NCBI RefSeq assembly: GCF_009914755.1
Contig: NC_060930.1
Reading direction: 5' to 3' (one strand)
DNA length: 64,000 nt
DNA from: the human T2T-CHM13v2.0 reference genome, Homo sapiens
Every line of letters starts with the position of its first letter. Within the stretch, counting starts at the first letter, position 1. Under the pieces are notes generated by a model. That model did not search any database. It was not told the DNA's origin and saw nothing but the letters and a program-made list of their open reading frames with translations. The position numbers and the translations under genes were made by a program. Positions 35,680 to 52,149 of the stretch are shown one piece after another.

Positions 35680-38515
35680 CTTATTTTTATTTTAAATTTT
35701 CTTTATTGTGATAAAAACATATAACACTTACTATCTTAAGCACTTTTAAGTGTACAGTTCAGTAGTATTAAATGTATTTACATTGTTGTGAAACAGATCC
35801 CTAGAACTTTTTCATCTTGCAGATCTGAAACTATATCCCTTAAACAACTCCCCTTTGCCCCCTTCCTCAGCTCCTGGTAACCACTATTCTACTTTCTCTA
35901 TATAAAATATCTACTTCAGATACTTCAACTAAGCGGAATCACACACTACTTGTTTTTTTGCAACTGGCTTCTTTCACTTAGCATATCTTCAAGGTTCATC
36001 CATGTTCTAGCATGTGACAAGATTTCCTTCCCTATTAAGACTGCATAATATTCCATTGTATGTATGTGCCACATTTTGTTTATTTATTCATCCATTGATG
36101 GACATTTGGATTAAATTCACCTCTTGGCTATTGTGAATAGTGCTGCTATGAACATGGGTGTGCAAATATCTCTTTGAAATCCTGTTTTCAGTTCTTTTAA
36201 TTTTTAGAATTATTTTATATTTCTTTTATTTTAGATACAGGGAGTACATGTGCAGGTGTATTACATGGGTATATTGCACTGGGATAGTGAGCATAGTACC
36301 CAATAGGTAGTTTTTTGACGCATATCCCCTTCTGTCACCACTCTAGTGGTTCGCAGTGTCAATTGTTTGCATTTTATGTCTATGGGTCCTCAGTGTTCAG
36401 CTCCCATTTATATGTGAGAACATGCAGCATTTGGTTTTCTGTTCCTGTGTTAATTTGCTTAGGATTACGGCTGCCAGTTCCATCCATGTTGCTGCAGAAG
36501 ACATGAGTTTATTCTTTTTTTAAGGCTGCATAGTATTCCATGGTGTATATGTATCACATTTTCTTTATCCAGTCCATCACTGATGTGCACCTAGGTTGAT
36601 TCCATGTCTTTGCTATTGTGCATAGTGCAGTAATGAGCATATGAGTGCATATATCTCTTTGGTATAATGATCCATTTTCTTTTGGGTATATACACAGTAA
36701 TGGGATTGCTGGGTTGAAAGATACCTTTGTTTTAAGTTCTTTGAGAAATCTTCAAACTGCTTTCCACAGTGGCTGAACTAATTTACCAACAGTGTATAGG
36801 CCTTTCCTTTTCTCTGTAGCCCTGCCAGCTTCTGTTGTTTTTTGACCTTTTAATAATGGCCATTCTGACTGATGTGAGATGCATCTCATTGTGGTTTTGA
36901 TTTGCATTTCTCTGATGATTAGTAATGATGAACATTTTTTTTTCATTTTTTTTTTTGGCTGCTTTTATGTCTTCTTTTGAGAAGTGTCTGTTCATGTCCT
37001 TTTAATGGGATTATTTGTTTTTTGCTTGTTGATTTAAGTTCCTTATAAATTCTGGATATTAGACCTTTGTCAGACACATAGTTTGTGAATATTTTCTCCC
37101 ATTTGTAGGTTGTCTGTTTACCCTATTGATAGTTTCTTTTAAATATATACCTACAAGTGAGATTGCTAAATAGTATGGTAGTTCTATTTTTAATTTTGGG
37201 GGGAACAGCCAAACTATTTTCTATAGCAATTGTACCATTTTGCCTACCAACATTACCTACCAACATTGCAGAGAGGTTCTAACTTCTACACATCCTCACC
37301 AACTTTTTTTGTTATTTTTTAAATGGTATCTACTCTAATGAGTGTGAGTTGATAACTCATTGTGGTTTTGATTTGTACATCTGATGATTAGTGATGTTGA
37401 GCATCTTTTGAATATGTTTGTTAGCCATTTGTATATTATCTTGGAAGACGTATCTATTCAGGTTCTTTGCCCATTTTAAAATTAGGTTATTTGATTTTTT
37501 GTTTTTGAGCTGTAGGTGTTCTTTACATATTTGGGTAGTAATCCCTTATCAGCTGTCTGATTGGCAAATATTTTCCTCCACTCCATAGGTTGCCTTTTCA
37601 CTCTGTTGATTGTGTCCTTTGATGAACAAAAGGTTTTAACCTTAATGTAGTCCTGTTTGTCTATTTTTGCTCTTGTTACTTGTACTCTTGGTATCATATC
37701 CAGAAAATCAGTTTGCCAAATCCAGTGTCATGGAGCTTTTCCCCTGTGTTTTCTTCTAGGAGTTTTATAGTTTTGGTCCTTGGGTTTGTGTCTTCAATCC
37801 GTTTCAAGTTAGCTTTTGTACCTAGTATAACATTAGGATCTAACTTCATTCTTTTGCATGTAGATACCCAGTTTTCCCAATACTGTTGAAGAGACCATCT
37901 TTTTTCTCAATGAGTGGTCTTGGTATGCTTGTCTGTTTATTTGACCATACACAGAAGGGTTTATTTTGGACTCTCTGTTCTGTGCTATTAGTCTATATGT
38001 CTGTCTCTAGGTAGAATCACACTGTTTGATGACTATAGCTTTGTAATATGTTTTGAAATCAGAAAGCATAAGTCCTTTAACTTTGTTCTTTTTCAAAATT
38101 GTTTTGGCTGTTTAGGGTCCGTTGATTTGCCATATCAATTTTAGGATGATTTTTTTTTCTATTTCTGCAAAAACTGCTGTTGAAATTTTAATAGGGATCA
38201 TGTTGAATCTGTAGATTGCTTTGGGTATTATTGACATCTATAATATTATCTTCTAATCCGTGAGCATGGGATATCCATTTATTTGAATCTCCTTTAATTT
38301 TTTTCAGCATGTTTTGTAGTTTTCAGTGTACAAGTCTTTTACCACTTGGTTAGGTTTATTCCTACTTTATTATTTTTGATGCTGTTGTAAATAAAATTGT
38401 TTTCTTAATTTTCTGTTTCAATTATTTATTATTAGTGTCTAAAAACACAACTGATTTTTTTGTGTGTTGATTTTGTATCCTACAACTTTGCTAAATTTGT
38501 TTATTAGTTCTTTTA
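35680..38515 (-). mobile_element. L1MA-like fragment with a younger L1P fragment nested at about 36200-37140
   Basis: The older element breaks at cctgttttcagttcttttaa and resumes at ttcttttaaatatatacctacaagtgagattgct. The inner piece has its own 3' end (tacatgtgcaggtg) and ORF2 C-terminal peptides. Confidence 0.85.
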
Positions 38516-39382
38516 TTTTTATTTTTTAACTGGTGGTTGGAAATGGAAATTCAGTCAAGTTTCATTTGACTAGGGGCACATTAAATAGTTTGTGGATTAA
38601 CCCTCAAGGAGAAAAAACACAGTGGCTAATCAGATAGTCAAGACAGATTGGTGCAGTTTGACTGAGGATGCCATATCTAGAGTCAGGCATTAGGTAAAAC
38701 TGGGGAGAAAAACCAAGTGGGGTGGAAAATGTGGTTGGAGTTAGCCATGGAAAGTTCTGTTTTATAATGAAGAGAGAACAGCTTAGCTGAGAGACAGATG
38801 GCAAACTGTTTTTACCGAAAAATAACCTTTATATCATTTTCCATGAGTTTTAATGTTTTAAAACTATTGAGTTAATTTTTTTTTAGATGCTGTTTGTGGA
38901 ATGTTAGATTTGTGATTTAGCATTGGACGAGTTGCTAACCAAATAAGATTATGTTAAAGCTTTTTACTAGTTTTGTGAAGTAGTGATTTGGGGCTAACTG
39001 CCTGCATTCCCCCATATTGCCTTGGTTAATTGAGGCCTGAAAGTAGGCTAGAGACTGATTAGACTAATTTTCAGCAGGAGTATGAAGGGTAAATTACCAG
39101 CAGTTGGTATTTATGGTGTCTCCTCTCCTCTTCATTCTTTGTCATGAAAGGAGACAAGGAGATGTGTTAGCATTTTCTCACCATTTGTGGAGGCTCAGAA
39201 GCAGAGCCCAAGCACAACTAAGTATATACAGTTGCAGTTGATCTCAAGTGCAGTGTTTATGTAAGACTTTTGGGAACACTATCCTGGGATCAGAAGTGTG
39301 TTTGGGATCTTTTTTTAAGCATAAAGAACCTAATCCCATTATTACCAGTTTTACAAATATCCGATCCATATATAAGATTTCA

Positions 39383-39558
<176 letters not shown>

Positions 39559-39849
39559 TTACACACACACACACACTACACACACACACATATTTTAAGT
39601 GCCCACACACAAACATAAAATATGGTCTTCAACTACGGTCTGACAAAAAGTTACTGGAAAGAGATATTTAAAAGTATTTATGATGAATTAATTGGTTATT
39701 CAGCATTATTTTTATTAGTGCTCATTTCCCCGGCACTAAAATCAATATGCAAGTACAGGAAGTTTGACAAATGAGAATGGGAAAAAGGGGGAACAGTCAG
39801 TTTTACTTTTCAAAGAAGACTGCAAACATTTGCTTTATATATTGCCTCT

Positions 39850-39919
39850 TTTTAATTTTTATTTATTTATTTATTTATTTTGAGATGGAGTCTCTCTCTG
39901 TAGCCCAGGCTGGAGTCCC
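39850..39919 (-). mobile_element. Alu 3'-end stub
   Basis: (ttta)n tail plus tgagatggagtctctctctgtagcccaggctggagt, ending at the inverted-repeat arm. Confidence 0.85.
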
Positions 39920-40298
39920 AATAATGGGATTAGGTTCTTCATGCTTCAAAACAGATCCCAAATGCACTTAAAATATATGATCACAAGACAACGTTCCCAA
40001 AAGTCTTACATAAACACTGCACTTGAGAACAACTGCAACTGCATACACTTAATTGTGCTTGGGCTCTGCTTCTGAGCCTCCATAAATGGTGAGAAAATGC
40101 TAACATATCTCCTTGTCTCCTTTCATGACAAGATGATTATTATATGTGTTGCTGATAAAACCGGAGTTGGGTTTCTCAGTACCTGGGGGGGCCCAAAGTC
40201 AGAGAAGACTGCCCATCTGCCCGGAACATCCACTTGATTTGAAGATTTTCATCATGTTGCAAGACTTAATATTTTTAATAGCAGAACAAACACTGGTA

Positions 40299-40770
40299 CT
40301 GTAAAGACACATGCACACATATGTTTATTGTGGCACTATTCGCAATAGCAAAGACTTCAACCCAAATGTCCATCAATGATAGACTGGATTAAGAAAATGT
40401 GGCACATATACACCATGGAGTACTATGCAGCCATAAAAAAGATGAGTTCATGTTCTTTGCAGGGACATGGATGAAGCTGGAAACCATCATTCTCAGCAAA
40501 CTATCACAAGGACAGAAAACCGAACACTGCATGTTCTCACTCATAGGTGGGAATTGAACAATGAGATCATTTGGACACAGGGCAGGGAACATCACACACC
40601 AGGGCCTGTCGAGCAGGGGAGCTGGGGGAGGGATAGCATTAGGAGAAATACCTAATGTAAATGATGAGTTGATGGGTACAGCAAACCAATATGGTACATG
40701 TATACCTATGTATCAAACCTGCACGTTGTGCACATGTACCCTAGAACTTAAAGTATAATTTAAAAAAAAA
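40299..40770 (+). mobile_element. 5'-truncated L1PA 3' end
   Basis: ORF2 end, 3' UTR and A tail; TSD AAACACTGGTA at 40288-40298 and 40768-40778. Confidence 0.95.
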
Positions 40771-41027
40771 CACTGGTATATTATAGGGCAAGATGTCTCA
40801 TTTCCATTAAGTTTTAAGATTAAACAAAGATTCAAAGGAATTTCACATTTATGGGACCTGCTTCAAAATCTGTCCTTCAATCCTCTAGATCAGGGATCAA
40901 GCCACCTGGTAAATATTTTAGGCTTTGAGGGCCATGTAGTTCTCTGTTGCATATTCTTTTCTGTTTTGGTTTTTATTAGTTGTTTTTATTTTGTTTTCCA
41001 ACCTTTAGAAATGTAAACATCCTTCTT

Positions 41028-41308
41028 TTTTTTTTTTTGAGATGGAGTCTCGCTCTGTTGCCCAGGCTGCAGTGTAGTGGCACAGTCACCACTCACTGCA
41101 GCCAGGTTCAAGCAATTTTCCTGCCTCAGCCTCCCGAGTAGCTGGGACTACAGGCGCATGCCACCATGCCTGGCTAATTTTTGTATATTTAGTAGAGACG
41201 GGGTTTCACCATGTTTGCCAGGATGGTCTTGATCTCCTGACCTTGTGATCTGCCCGCCTTGGCCTCCCAAAGTGCTGGGATTACAGGCGTGAGCCACCGT
41301 GCTCGGCC
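41028..41308 (-). mobile_element. AluS (Sc-like) element inside a MER58-like fossil (about 40890-41355)
   Basis: TSD GTAAACATCCTTCTT at 41013-41027 and 41309-41323. Confidence 0.95.
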
Positions 41309-44300
41309 GTAAACATCCTTCTTAGCTCACAGTCCCTTCCGTAGTCTGCCCCTGCTCTGGACATTCCATTCACATTTCCCTCTGCCTCTTGGAGTTCTTT
41401 AGTGGATATATTTGAGAAACACTGGATTGGCTGTTTCCCAGGTCTCTGTCCTGACAATTGAGTGTGTCACCTGGTAGAATGGAGTAGAACAAAATGATGG
41501 ACAGAAATTTTGACCTACGTTGTAGGGTATCTGCAGTAATAATGTGTTACTAGAGCTCTGTTTAGAGTCAGTGAGGAAAACAAACAAACAAAAAAAGCAA
41601 AAGTCCAAAATTGTAACTGTTAGCCACAGGAGATTGTGCTCTATTTCGAAGATATGGATGCTATTTATTTAGGGCTAATGGCTACATCTACTATATGATA
41701 CTTAAGGGAAAGCCCTAAAAATCACCCCACACTGATCTTTCTTACCTCATATACCCAGTTGATTACCAAATCCTGTAATTTTTACATCCTCCATAATTCT
41801 GCCCTTTTTCTCTCTCAAAGCTCAATCCAAAGGTGTGTTGTTATTACACTTTCTGTAATTAACTAGGACTCTGGTTATTACTTCTTCTCCCTCATGCCCA
41901 GCAAACTTGTGGCTTATTACTGCTAGTATGATATTTATCTCATAGGTTTTTTTTTAATGTCTTTGCCTTCAGTTGGTTTCCAAGTACCTTGTGCTCACCT
42001 TTACCCTATTTATCTTAGTATCTGGTATCCATTAGATTGCTAGAAACACAGAACATACCTAACAAACATGGTTATATGAATGGGTAAATGGTGTTTTCAG
42101 CTCAGGTGTTTTCAGCTCAGGAGGTAGCCAGCCCATTCTGTTGGGACATGCCTTGTCAAGGTTCTGAGCATTTGCTGTACGTGGTTTGAAGTCCGTTAAG
42201 CCAGACTGTGCGCATTCCCATTTTATTAATAAAGTTCGAAGCCAGATTGTTAAAAGCAATCTTATTGAATCTACTTTTAAAGTTTTACAATGAAATCTGT
42301 TTAGAAAACTAACTCTGTTAGAAGCTCACCTATCCCACAGGTAGCATTTTCTTAGAGAAGTTTATCTGCATTTGAAAATCTGTATTCCAAGGCCTTCTGT
42401 CTAAAAGATCAGTTATCTAATCAAGGAGAATGTTCTCCATCAGATGTTTTCCTGTAAATATTCATATGTGGCATCTTTCCAGATACCAGGAGGGGAAAAG
42501 TTGAGTAGTAGAGAGGGTGTGATACAAATTCTCCTTTATGGTTGATTGCTGATCAGCTGCATGCCCGGAAGCACAGCAATGTAATTAGATATTCTCTGCT
42601 GTTTTATCTTTTCAGTATAACTCTAGCTTTTATTCTTCTGTCTATAAATGTTTAATCTCCTATTTTCACCTTCCTGAGTTGTTTGCCTTCATATTCTACA
42701 GTGATGAATTCCTGGGATGTGACTTTCATAAAAATGATGACTTGTGCTGTGAATACTGAAAGCCTTCATCCAGACAGTTTGAGGCCTCTCCAGTTGCATG
42801 GCTAGCAGTATATCTTAACTAATAGCCAAACTGGTGGTTTTCTTACTGTTTCAAATTCTCTCTCTTTCTGAATCTTATGCAATTAATGAAGAGAGAACAA
42901 AACTGTTAAGACAATCAGGCCATGTTAATATCACTTTGGACACCAAAAGTTGGTTTTCCTCTGCTCTTCTTTCTGCAGCTTCCCTCATTTCCCCAATATG
43001 TAGCCTTTTCATGAGGCTCTGCTTTGTCATTTTTCTAAGTTCTTGCCATTCATGTATTAATATCTATATTCCTTGATTTTAAATATTAGACAGTATTTAC
43101 TTTTTCCTTTGAAAGTTGAAGAGAAATTGACATTCTCATTTCTCCCCTATTTTGATATATGAATACACATACACACATGAATTGCTAAAGTATATGTCAT
43201 ACTCTCTTTTGTAACTATAATAATTATATAAATGTATATTATATGTATATTGTTATAATTATATGAATACTTTTCCTTACAGAACTGCTTAGTGTGAGCA
43301 GCCATAGATAGAGGAGGGTATGTAATCCTACTTTACTAAATCCCTGTGGCTTAAGGGAGAATGACACAAATGTCAATATCCAAGGGAACCTCTTAATACA
43401 TTTTAACCTTTTCATTTCTTCCACTTCACACTTGTCTGGCAAACCTATTAGAGAAATAACTTTTCCGTCTTGTATTTTTCTTCTAATTTGTGTGTCCTGA
43501 AAATAACTTTGTTAACATAGTGTGCCTACCTAGTAAACCTTCTGAATGCTTTAATTTTTTGTAAGTCTTTCATTCTTAATTGATCATTTTGTTTAATATA
43601 AAAGACTAGATTTAAAACCAAGTTCCCCCAGGAAGTATTGTTCCATTTTCCATATTCTTTGTATTGATTGGAAGACTTCATGTCTGCTAGATTAGATTCT
43701 TAAAGGTAGGTTGCTTTGCTTCTTTTTCTGGAAAGTTTTAGGGTTTTCTTGGAGCTTTGGAATTTCATCAGTATGTGCCTTTAAAAAACATTCTGCTCAG
43801 CAGTTAATAGGACTGCTCAATCTGAAAACTAGTGTCTTTTTTCACTTGAGAGCAAGTTCTGTTATTTCTTTGCCCTTTTTCCCCCCTCCCTTCCATTGTC
43901 TTTCCTTTTCATCTTCAGGATCTTTTTTCCTTTTGGATGAAGTTTTACTCTTATGTTCTAACTTTCAATACTCTTGACTTATCTAGTAATTTCCATCTCT
44001 TGGTCTTGATATTCTGCATTCTGAAAGGCATTCGTAACTTTTATCTTCTAGATCTCTAGCCTGGTTTTTAGCTCTATGCTATCCTGCTTTTTATTCTTTT
44101 TATCTACTTTCTAATTTGGCAGTCAAACTTAATTTTCAGGAGCTCTTTTGTTTCTTATTATTCCTTTAAAAATAGTGGCTTGTTCTTGTTTCGTGGATGC
44201 AGCATTTTCTTTAATCTCTCCAAGGATATTAAAAAGCATTTTTTTAAGTTTTGTATATTCTGTAAGTTATCTCTATGTTCTCCAGCATTAGTTCTAGTTG

Positions 44301-47118
44301 TTAGTTTTTGTCTTTCTTAGGAGCCAGCTTGGCTTCCCCCAGTAACTCACAGACCTGCTTTCCTTTGAGCAGGAGGGCTAAATAAGACTGTGTAGGAGAG
44401 TGGGGGTAGCATGAAGCAGACTGGAACTCCTCAGGTGCCCGTGAAAGAGCCACACCCAGGCAGCAATGGACTTCAGTGCGTGTCCCTCCAGGGTGAACTT
44501 CCTTTCCATTTTTCCCTTTCTGTGTCTGATGTGGGGTCAGGGTGACCACAGACTGTGCTGGCCTCTCAGGCCCCTGAAGCCTCACCAGGAGTTTTCAGCA
44601 TATAGGCAGCGAGTGTTGTTTGGAGAGCACTTCTCTGGAGCTCTGGCCACACTGGGAAAAAAACTGTCTAAGCCATTACAAATGTACTTCTTTTATACAT
44701 TGATTGCCCTGCCATAGCCTGCTCCAGATTGTTGTGTTCATTGTCTCAGGCTTGTGATTTCTGTGCAAGCTCCTTGGGAAGGACTGTTCTTCTATTGGTT
44801 TGGGCTGTGGTTTCCCCTGCTGTGTTTTCTCTACCTGTTTGGTTGTATTTTATGTATTCTGGGTATTTCTTAAAATTTTATGGCTGGTTCCTGTTCCTAG
44901 TTTTTTTTCTCCTCCAGTTTAAATTGGCTCTTGGGTAAGAGGGGAGGTAGATGTATTTGCTTGCTTTGTTGTCTTGAACCTGTATGGTCAGAACTATTAA
45001 ACATGAATTAGGAATTTGAGATTCTCACCTTTGGATTTGCTCATATTTTTGTATTTGGCATAAAAATTGCCAAAATGAAGCTGTTTTAGATAACTGCATC
45101 TTGTCTATCCTGCCAGGATTGGAATTGTCTACTGTTTTTTGATTTCTATAGCAAGATTTCATAAAGTAGACTATAGCACTAACAACCTTTATCCACTAAA
45201 TCAAGAACTTCTGCTTAGAGGCTACCCTTCGGCTTGAAAGAAAATTTGAGAAGCAGCCACTGTTCATTTTAAGCAGCTGCAGCAACTCCTATAGTCTTAA
45301 AAAATTGCTTTTTAAAAAATATTCTTCTTTTGGGTAAAACAAATTTACTTGGGCTCATTTAGAACTGGTTGTTGCTATGCCATTTCCTTGTTTTTGTTCC
45401 CTCCAGTTTTCTATTTGGTTATGTCCTTGGCATGAAGAAATAATGTGGGCCTTTCACTTAATTGTGATTGACTTAGCTGTGGGAAGCAATACAGCTTATC
45501 AGAGTGGCTGCTGTGAGCTTTCCTAACTGTTCTCTCCAGAGACACTGAAAGGGCAAAGAACATTAAGGTGTTTGTCTCAGATGCTTGCTTAGTCCATAAT
45601 GGTCTAATCGGAGTGCACAGATAATGTCCTTAAGTAAGCCTTGTGGAGGAATGAAACTGTTGTTAACTCTACCTGTTGTAGATTTTATTATGAGCTTAGA
45701 AATGTCTCTAACAGTGGTTTTCACTTGAACATAAACAGAAGTATAGGTGATGAGAGATTTAAAAAAAAAAAAACAAAAACAAAAAACCACAACTGTTCAG
45801 GTTGCTATATTCTTAAAATTACAGCATTTAGATAAATGTTCCCTTAGTGAGTTCGAGTAGCTTGGTTATGCTATTATCTATACAGTTCAGAGATTTTTCT
45901 TTTTGTCAGCAATTGGCAATATAAACAAAGTGAATTTTTTGTCCTTTGTCTTAAATGGAATGAAAATGTACCAGCTTCTGAAATGGGCAATTTTACCTTG
46001 AATATGATTTATGTGGTTATATCTTTCTGCAAAGTAAATATTTACTAATCATATTCTGTAATTACAAAAGGTTGATTGTCCTGAAATGTGCAATCTACAG
46101 ATGTGTATTTACAAAACACTTTAGGGAGAGTGCCTTAGACTATAAGGAATTCAGTGAGCCTATTTGGAAACTTTATGTGAGTTTTAAAAATACAGTGCTT
46201 TTAACCTTTGTAGTAGGAACCCTAAGGTATTTTTTAAATATATGTAAGCCTGACAAGTAAAACAAATTTGATAAGAAAGCAGATTTTTTTATTTTATTTA
46301 AGAATGCTTACAACCATAAGAATTTGTATCTTAATAGGAAGTAGTTTTAAATTTTTAATACTATATTAATCTTAAATTATTTCACATGCATTTAACTTAT
46401 CTCTATCATATCTACTTTTTGCTTAAACATGACAAAGAAAATATTAATAGTTTCACTTTATATTTATGTACTTTAGGATTCATCAGGCCACTCAAAAGCT
46501 TTTGAATGTTAGAAAGTGAATTTTTCACACAATTCTTTAAAACTGGTAAATAACAGAATAGAAATAGGATTTACTTAATTGTTACTAACATGATATACCT
46601 AAAACATGGCGTGTCATTAATTAACAAATGCAATTCATCTATCTACATGACAGAAATTATTGGTAACCTGGTGTCTGTCAGGTACTAGTCTAACACTGAC
46701 TTTTAAAAATGATTTTCTTTAAATCATTCTCTTTTTCAAGCTAATTACCAAATTTTATATTTGTCATTTGGAAGGAGTTAATTACCTTAAATAAAAATTT
46801 CTATTCTTTTGGGTGGATCCCATTCAATTTTTGGATAAGAAGCACCCTGCTGGCAATAGTGATAGGGCACTGAATTAAAGGTTCATAACATAAAAATAAC
46901 GCTTATAATTATTATGAGAGAAATACAGCTTAAGAGAAATTTTTCTTTTCTAAAAGTAAAAAATGTTGCTATTCTGAGATTTCTAAACATCTGACATTTC
47001 TAAATACCTTTCTTGGTGACTGAAACTTTAAGAATGGTTTCAATTTAATATGGACAAATGGATTATTGATAATGTTACATATTTTCTCTGCATGAGAGAA
47101 AATGTTACATATACACGG

Positions 47119-47207
47119 TTTTTCTTTTTAATTGAGACAGGATCTTGCCCTGTTGCTCAGGCTGGAGTGCAGTGGTACAATCTCAAAATTTTGAGGCTGC
47201 AGCCTCA
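47119..47207 (-). mobile_element. Alu 3' stub ending in a palindrome
   Basis: ttgagacaggatcttgccctgttgctcaggctggagtgcagtgg. Confidence 0.85.
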
Positions 47208-47537
47208 AAATCTGTCTATTTTATAGGTGTTGGTTTATATATATGAAACTTGCACTTGAGAATTTACCTTATTTCCAATGTTGTGATTTGGGGCATTGGG
47301 ATCATTTTAAGATTAAGGTTTTTAATTATAAACACTGAAACCTGAAATATAAACATTAAGTCTCATTGTACCTTGCCTTTTGCTCTTTTACATGCACAAT
47401 ATTTTTGTGTTACCACCTAAATCTTTTGAAAGTAGAATTCATACTACATGTATAGAGATTGAGTGAGGCATTGTTTATGTTTTCTTTTTTACATTTCATT
47501 AACTTTTCATTCCTACATTTCACACTGACATTAGAGT

Positions 47538-47846
47538 TGTTTGTTTTTGTTTTTGTTTTGACATAGGCCCTCCGTCACTCTGTCACCCATGCAGGCTGTA
47601 GTGCACTGGTGTAGTCATTGCTCACTGCATGTAGCCTTGAACTTCAGGGCTCAGTTGGTCCTCTCACCTCAGCCTCCCAAGTAGCTGGAGCTGCAGGCAC
47701 ATGCTGCCATCCCTGGCTAATTTTTTAATATTTTTTAGAGACGGGGTCTTGCTGTGTTGCTCAGGCTTGTCTCAAACTCCTGGCCACAGACAGTCCTCAC
47801 ACCTCAGCCTCCCAAAGCTCTGGGATTACAGATGTGAACCACCCCA
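47538..47846 (-). mobile_element. AluJ-like element
   Basis: Diverged dimeric Alu with a (gtttt)n tail. Confidence 0.88.
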
Positions 47847-48331
47847 AATGACCACATAAGATATTTTTAATCACATAGAGACAGATGGTAGCCTTTTAAA
47901 ACAAGAACAGGGACAGCATTTTGATGATCAAGTTACTAGCCCTCAATTTTTCTCATTAATATCTTTTCCCTTACCTATTCAGTTAAACAAGACAGGGGCA
48001 ATTTCCAAATAAATATCTCCAGGAACAGGAATACTTAGGCTGGGCTTTACACCTGGGCACAGCTAACAGTCCATTTAGGAGCAACTCTACTGGATTCTCC
48101 TTTATTTTGTAGAATTCTGGCGTTCCAAGGGATTTCACTAGTATTCTGATACAGAAAGAAAGAAAGTCTGAGAAGGTTAAAGGAGTTGATCAAGGTCATA
48201 GATAATTCATAGTGGTTTGCTGGACATCACATCCACGGTTGACTAAACATATACACCACTCAGTTTTCCAGAAATGAATCTGTGGTTGCATCAGACAGTG
48301 GTTGGTGCAAGTAGAAGTATAACACCCCCTT

Positions 48332-48730
48332 GACTGGGCATGGTGGCTCACACCTGTCATCTCAGCACTTTGGGAGGCTGAGGCAGGAAGATTGCTTGAG
48401 CCCTGGAGTTCAAGATCAGCCTGGGCAATATAATGATACCTCATCTCTACAGATAGGTGGTCTCTTTGTAGAGGGGGTTTTCTCTAAAAAGAGGGGTTAT
48501 CTCTACAATAATTTCTCTCATGAACATAGATGAATTTTTTGATTTTTTTTCTACAGAAAATGAAACAATAGCTGAGTGTGGTGGTGTGCACCTGTGGTCC
48601 CAGCTACTCGGGAGGCTGAGATGGGAGGATCACCTGAGCCCAGGAGGTAGAGGCTGCATGAGCTGTGAACACACCATTACACTCCAGTCTGGGTGACAGA
48701 GTGAGACCCTATCTCAACAACAACAAAAAA
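48332..48730 (+). mobile_element. AluJ-like element with about 100 bp inserted in the linker
   Basis: Left arm 48332-48450, right arm about 48568-48716, (caa)n tail. Confidence 0.88.
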
Positions 48731-48878
48731 GATCCTTCTTCTCCCCAAACCTGATGAATTAGAGCTAGGCCATGTAGGGCCTTTCATATTACATTAAGGA
48801 TTTTAGTCTCTATCTTACAAGGAGTGGGAAGTCTCAAAGGAAAGGATTTAAGCAGAGGGTGAGATCAAATCTGTTTTT

Positions 48879-51438
<2,560 letters not shown>

Positions 51439-52149
51439 TCAGGTTGGTAGAGACCAACGTGGAAAAATTGAGAGGCTTAAGGGATATATAAACTAGTGGT
51501 TGAGGGAAGAAAGGAGTCCTGTGATGTGTTGATTTTGGAGTTACAGGGCCCAGTAAATAGTGGTGCCATTTTCTGAGACGTCTAGTTTGTGGAGTGGAAG
51601 ATCATGAATTGTCGTTAAGACCTGTTGTGTTTAAGAGTCTGTGAACAGTTAGTGACTTTTATGGAACCAGAGCTCAGAAGAGAGGTCAGGGCAAGAGATT
51701 GTGATTTTAATTAGGGCCATGGCTGTGAATGAGCTTCCCCAGGGAAAGACCTTCGACTGAGTAGAGGCTGAATATGGTATAGAGAGAACAGGTATACTAA
51801 GTTACATACAGTTGATATCTTAAAGGATGGAACAAATCTAGCTGTAATTTAGCCCTCTTCCTCCTCTTACCACGTTCAGTATAGTCAACAAATTGTCAGG
51901 CAGAGAAAGTATGTTTTGAACAGAATTATTTATTGAACTCTCATGAGGGAATTATTACTCAACTCTTTGGAAATAGCTTCATTACAAAGAATGTAACATT
52001 TTCAGTCCATGAGATTTTGCCTGTATTTCATGTCAAACTTTGACCTGTTTTTGTGGCATAGTTAGGATCATATTTTGTCTTACAAGAAATTACAAATTTT
52101 CGTACAAATTCCATGAAATCTCTACATCCTAGAGCCATTAGGAACCTCC

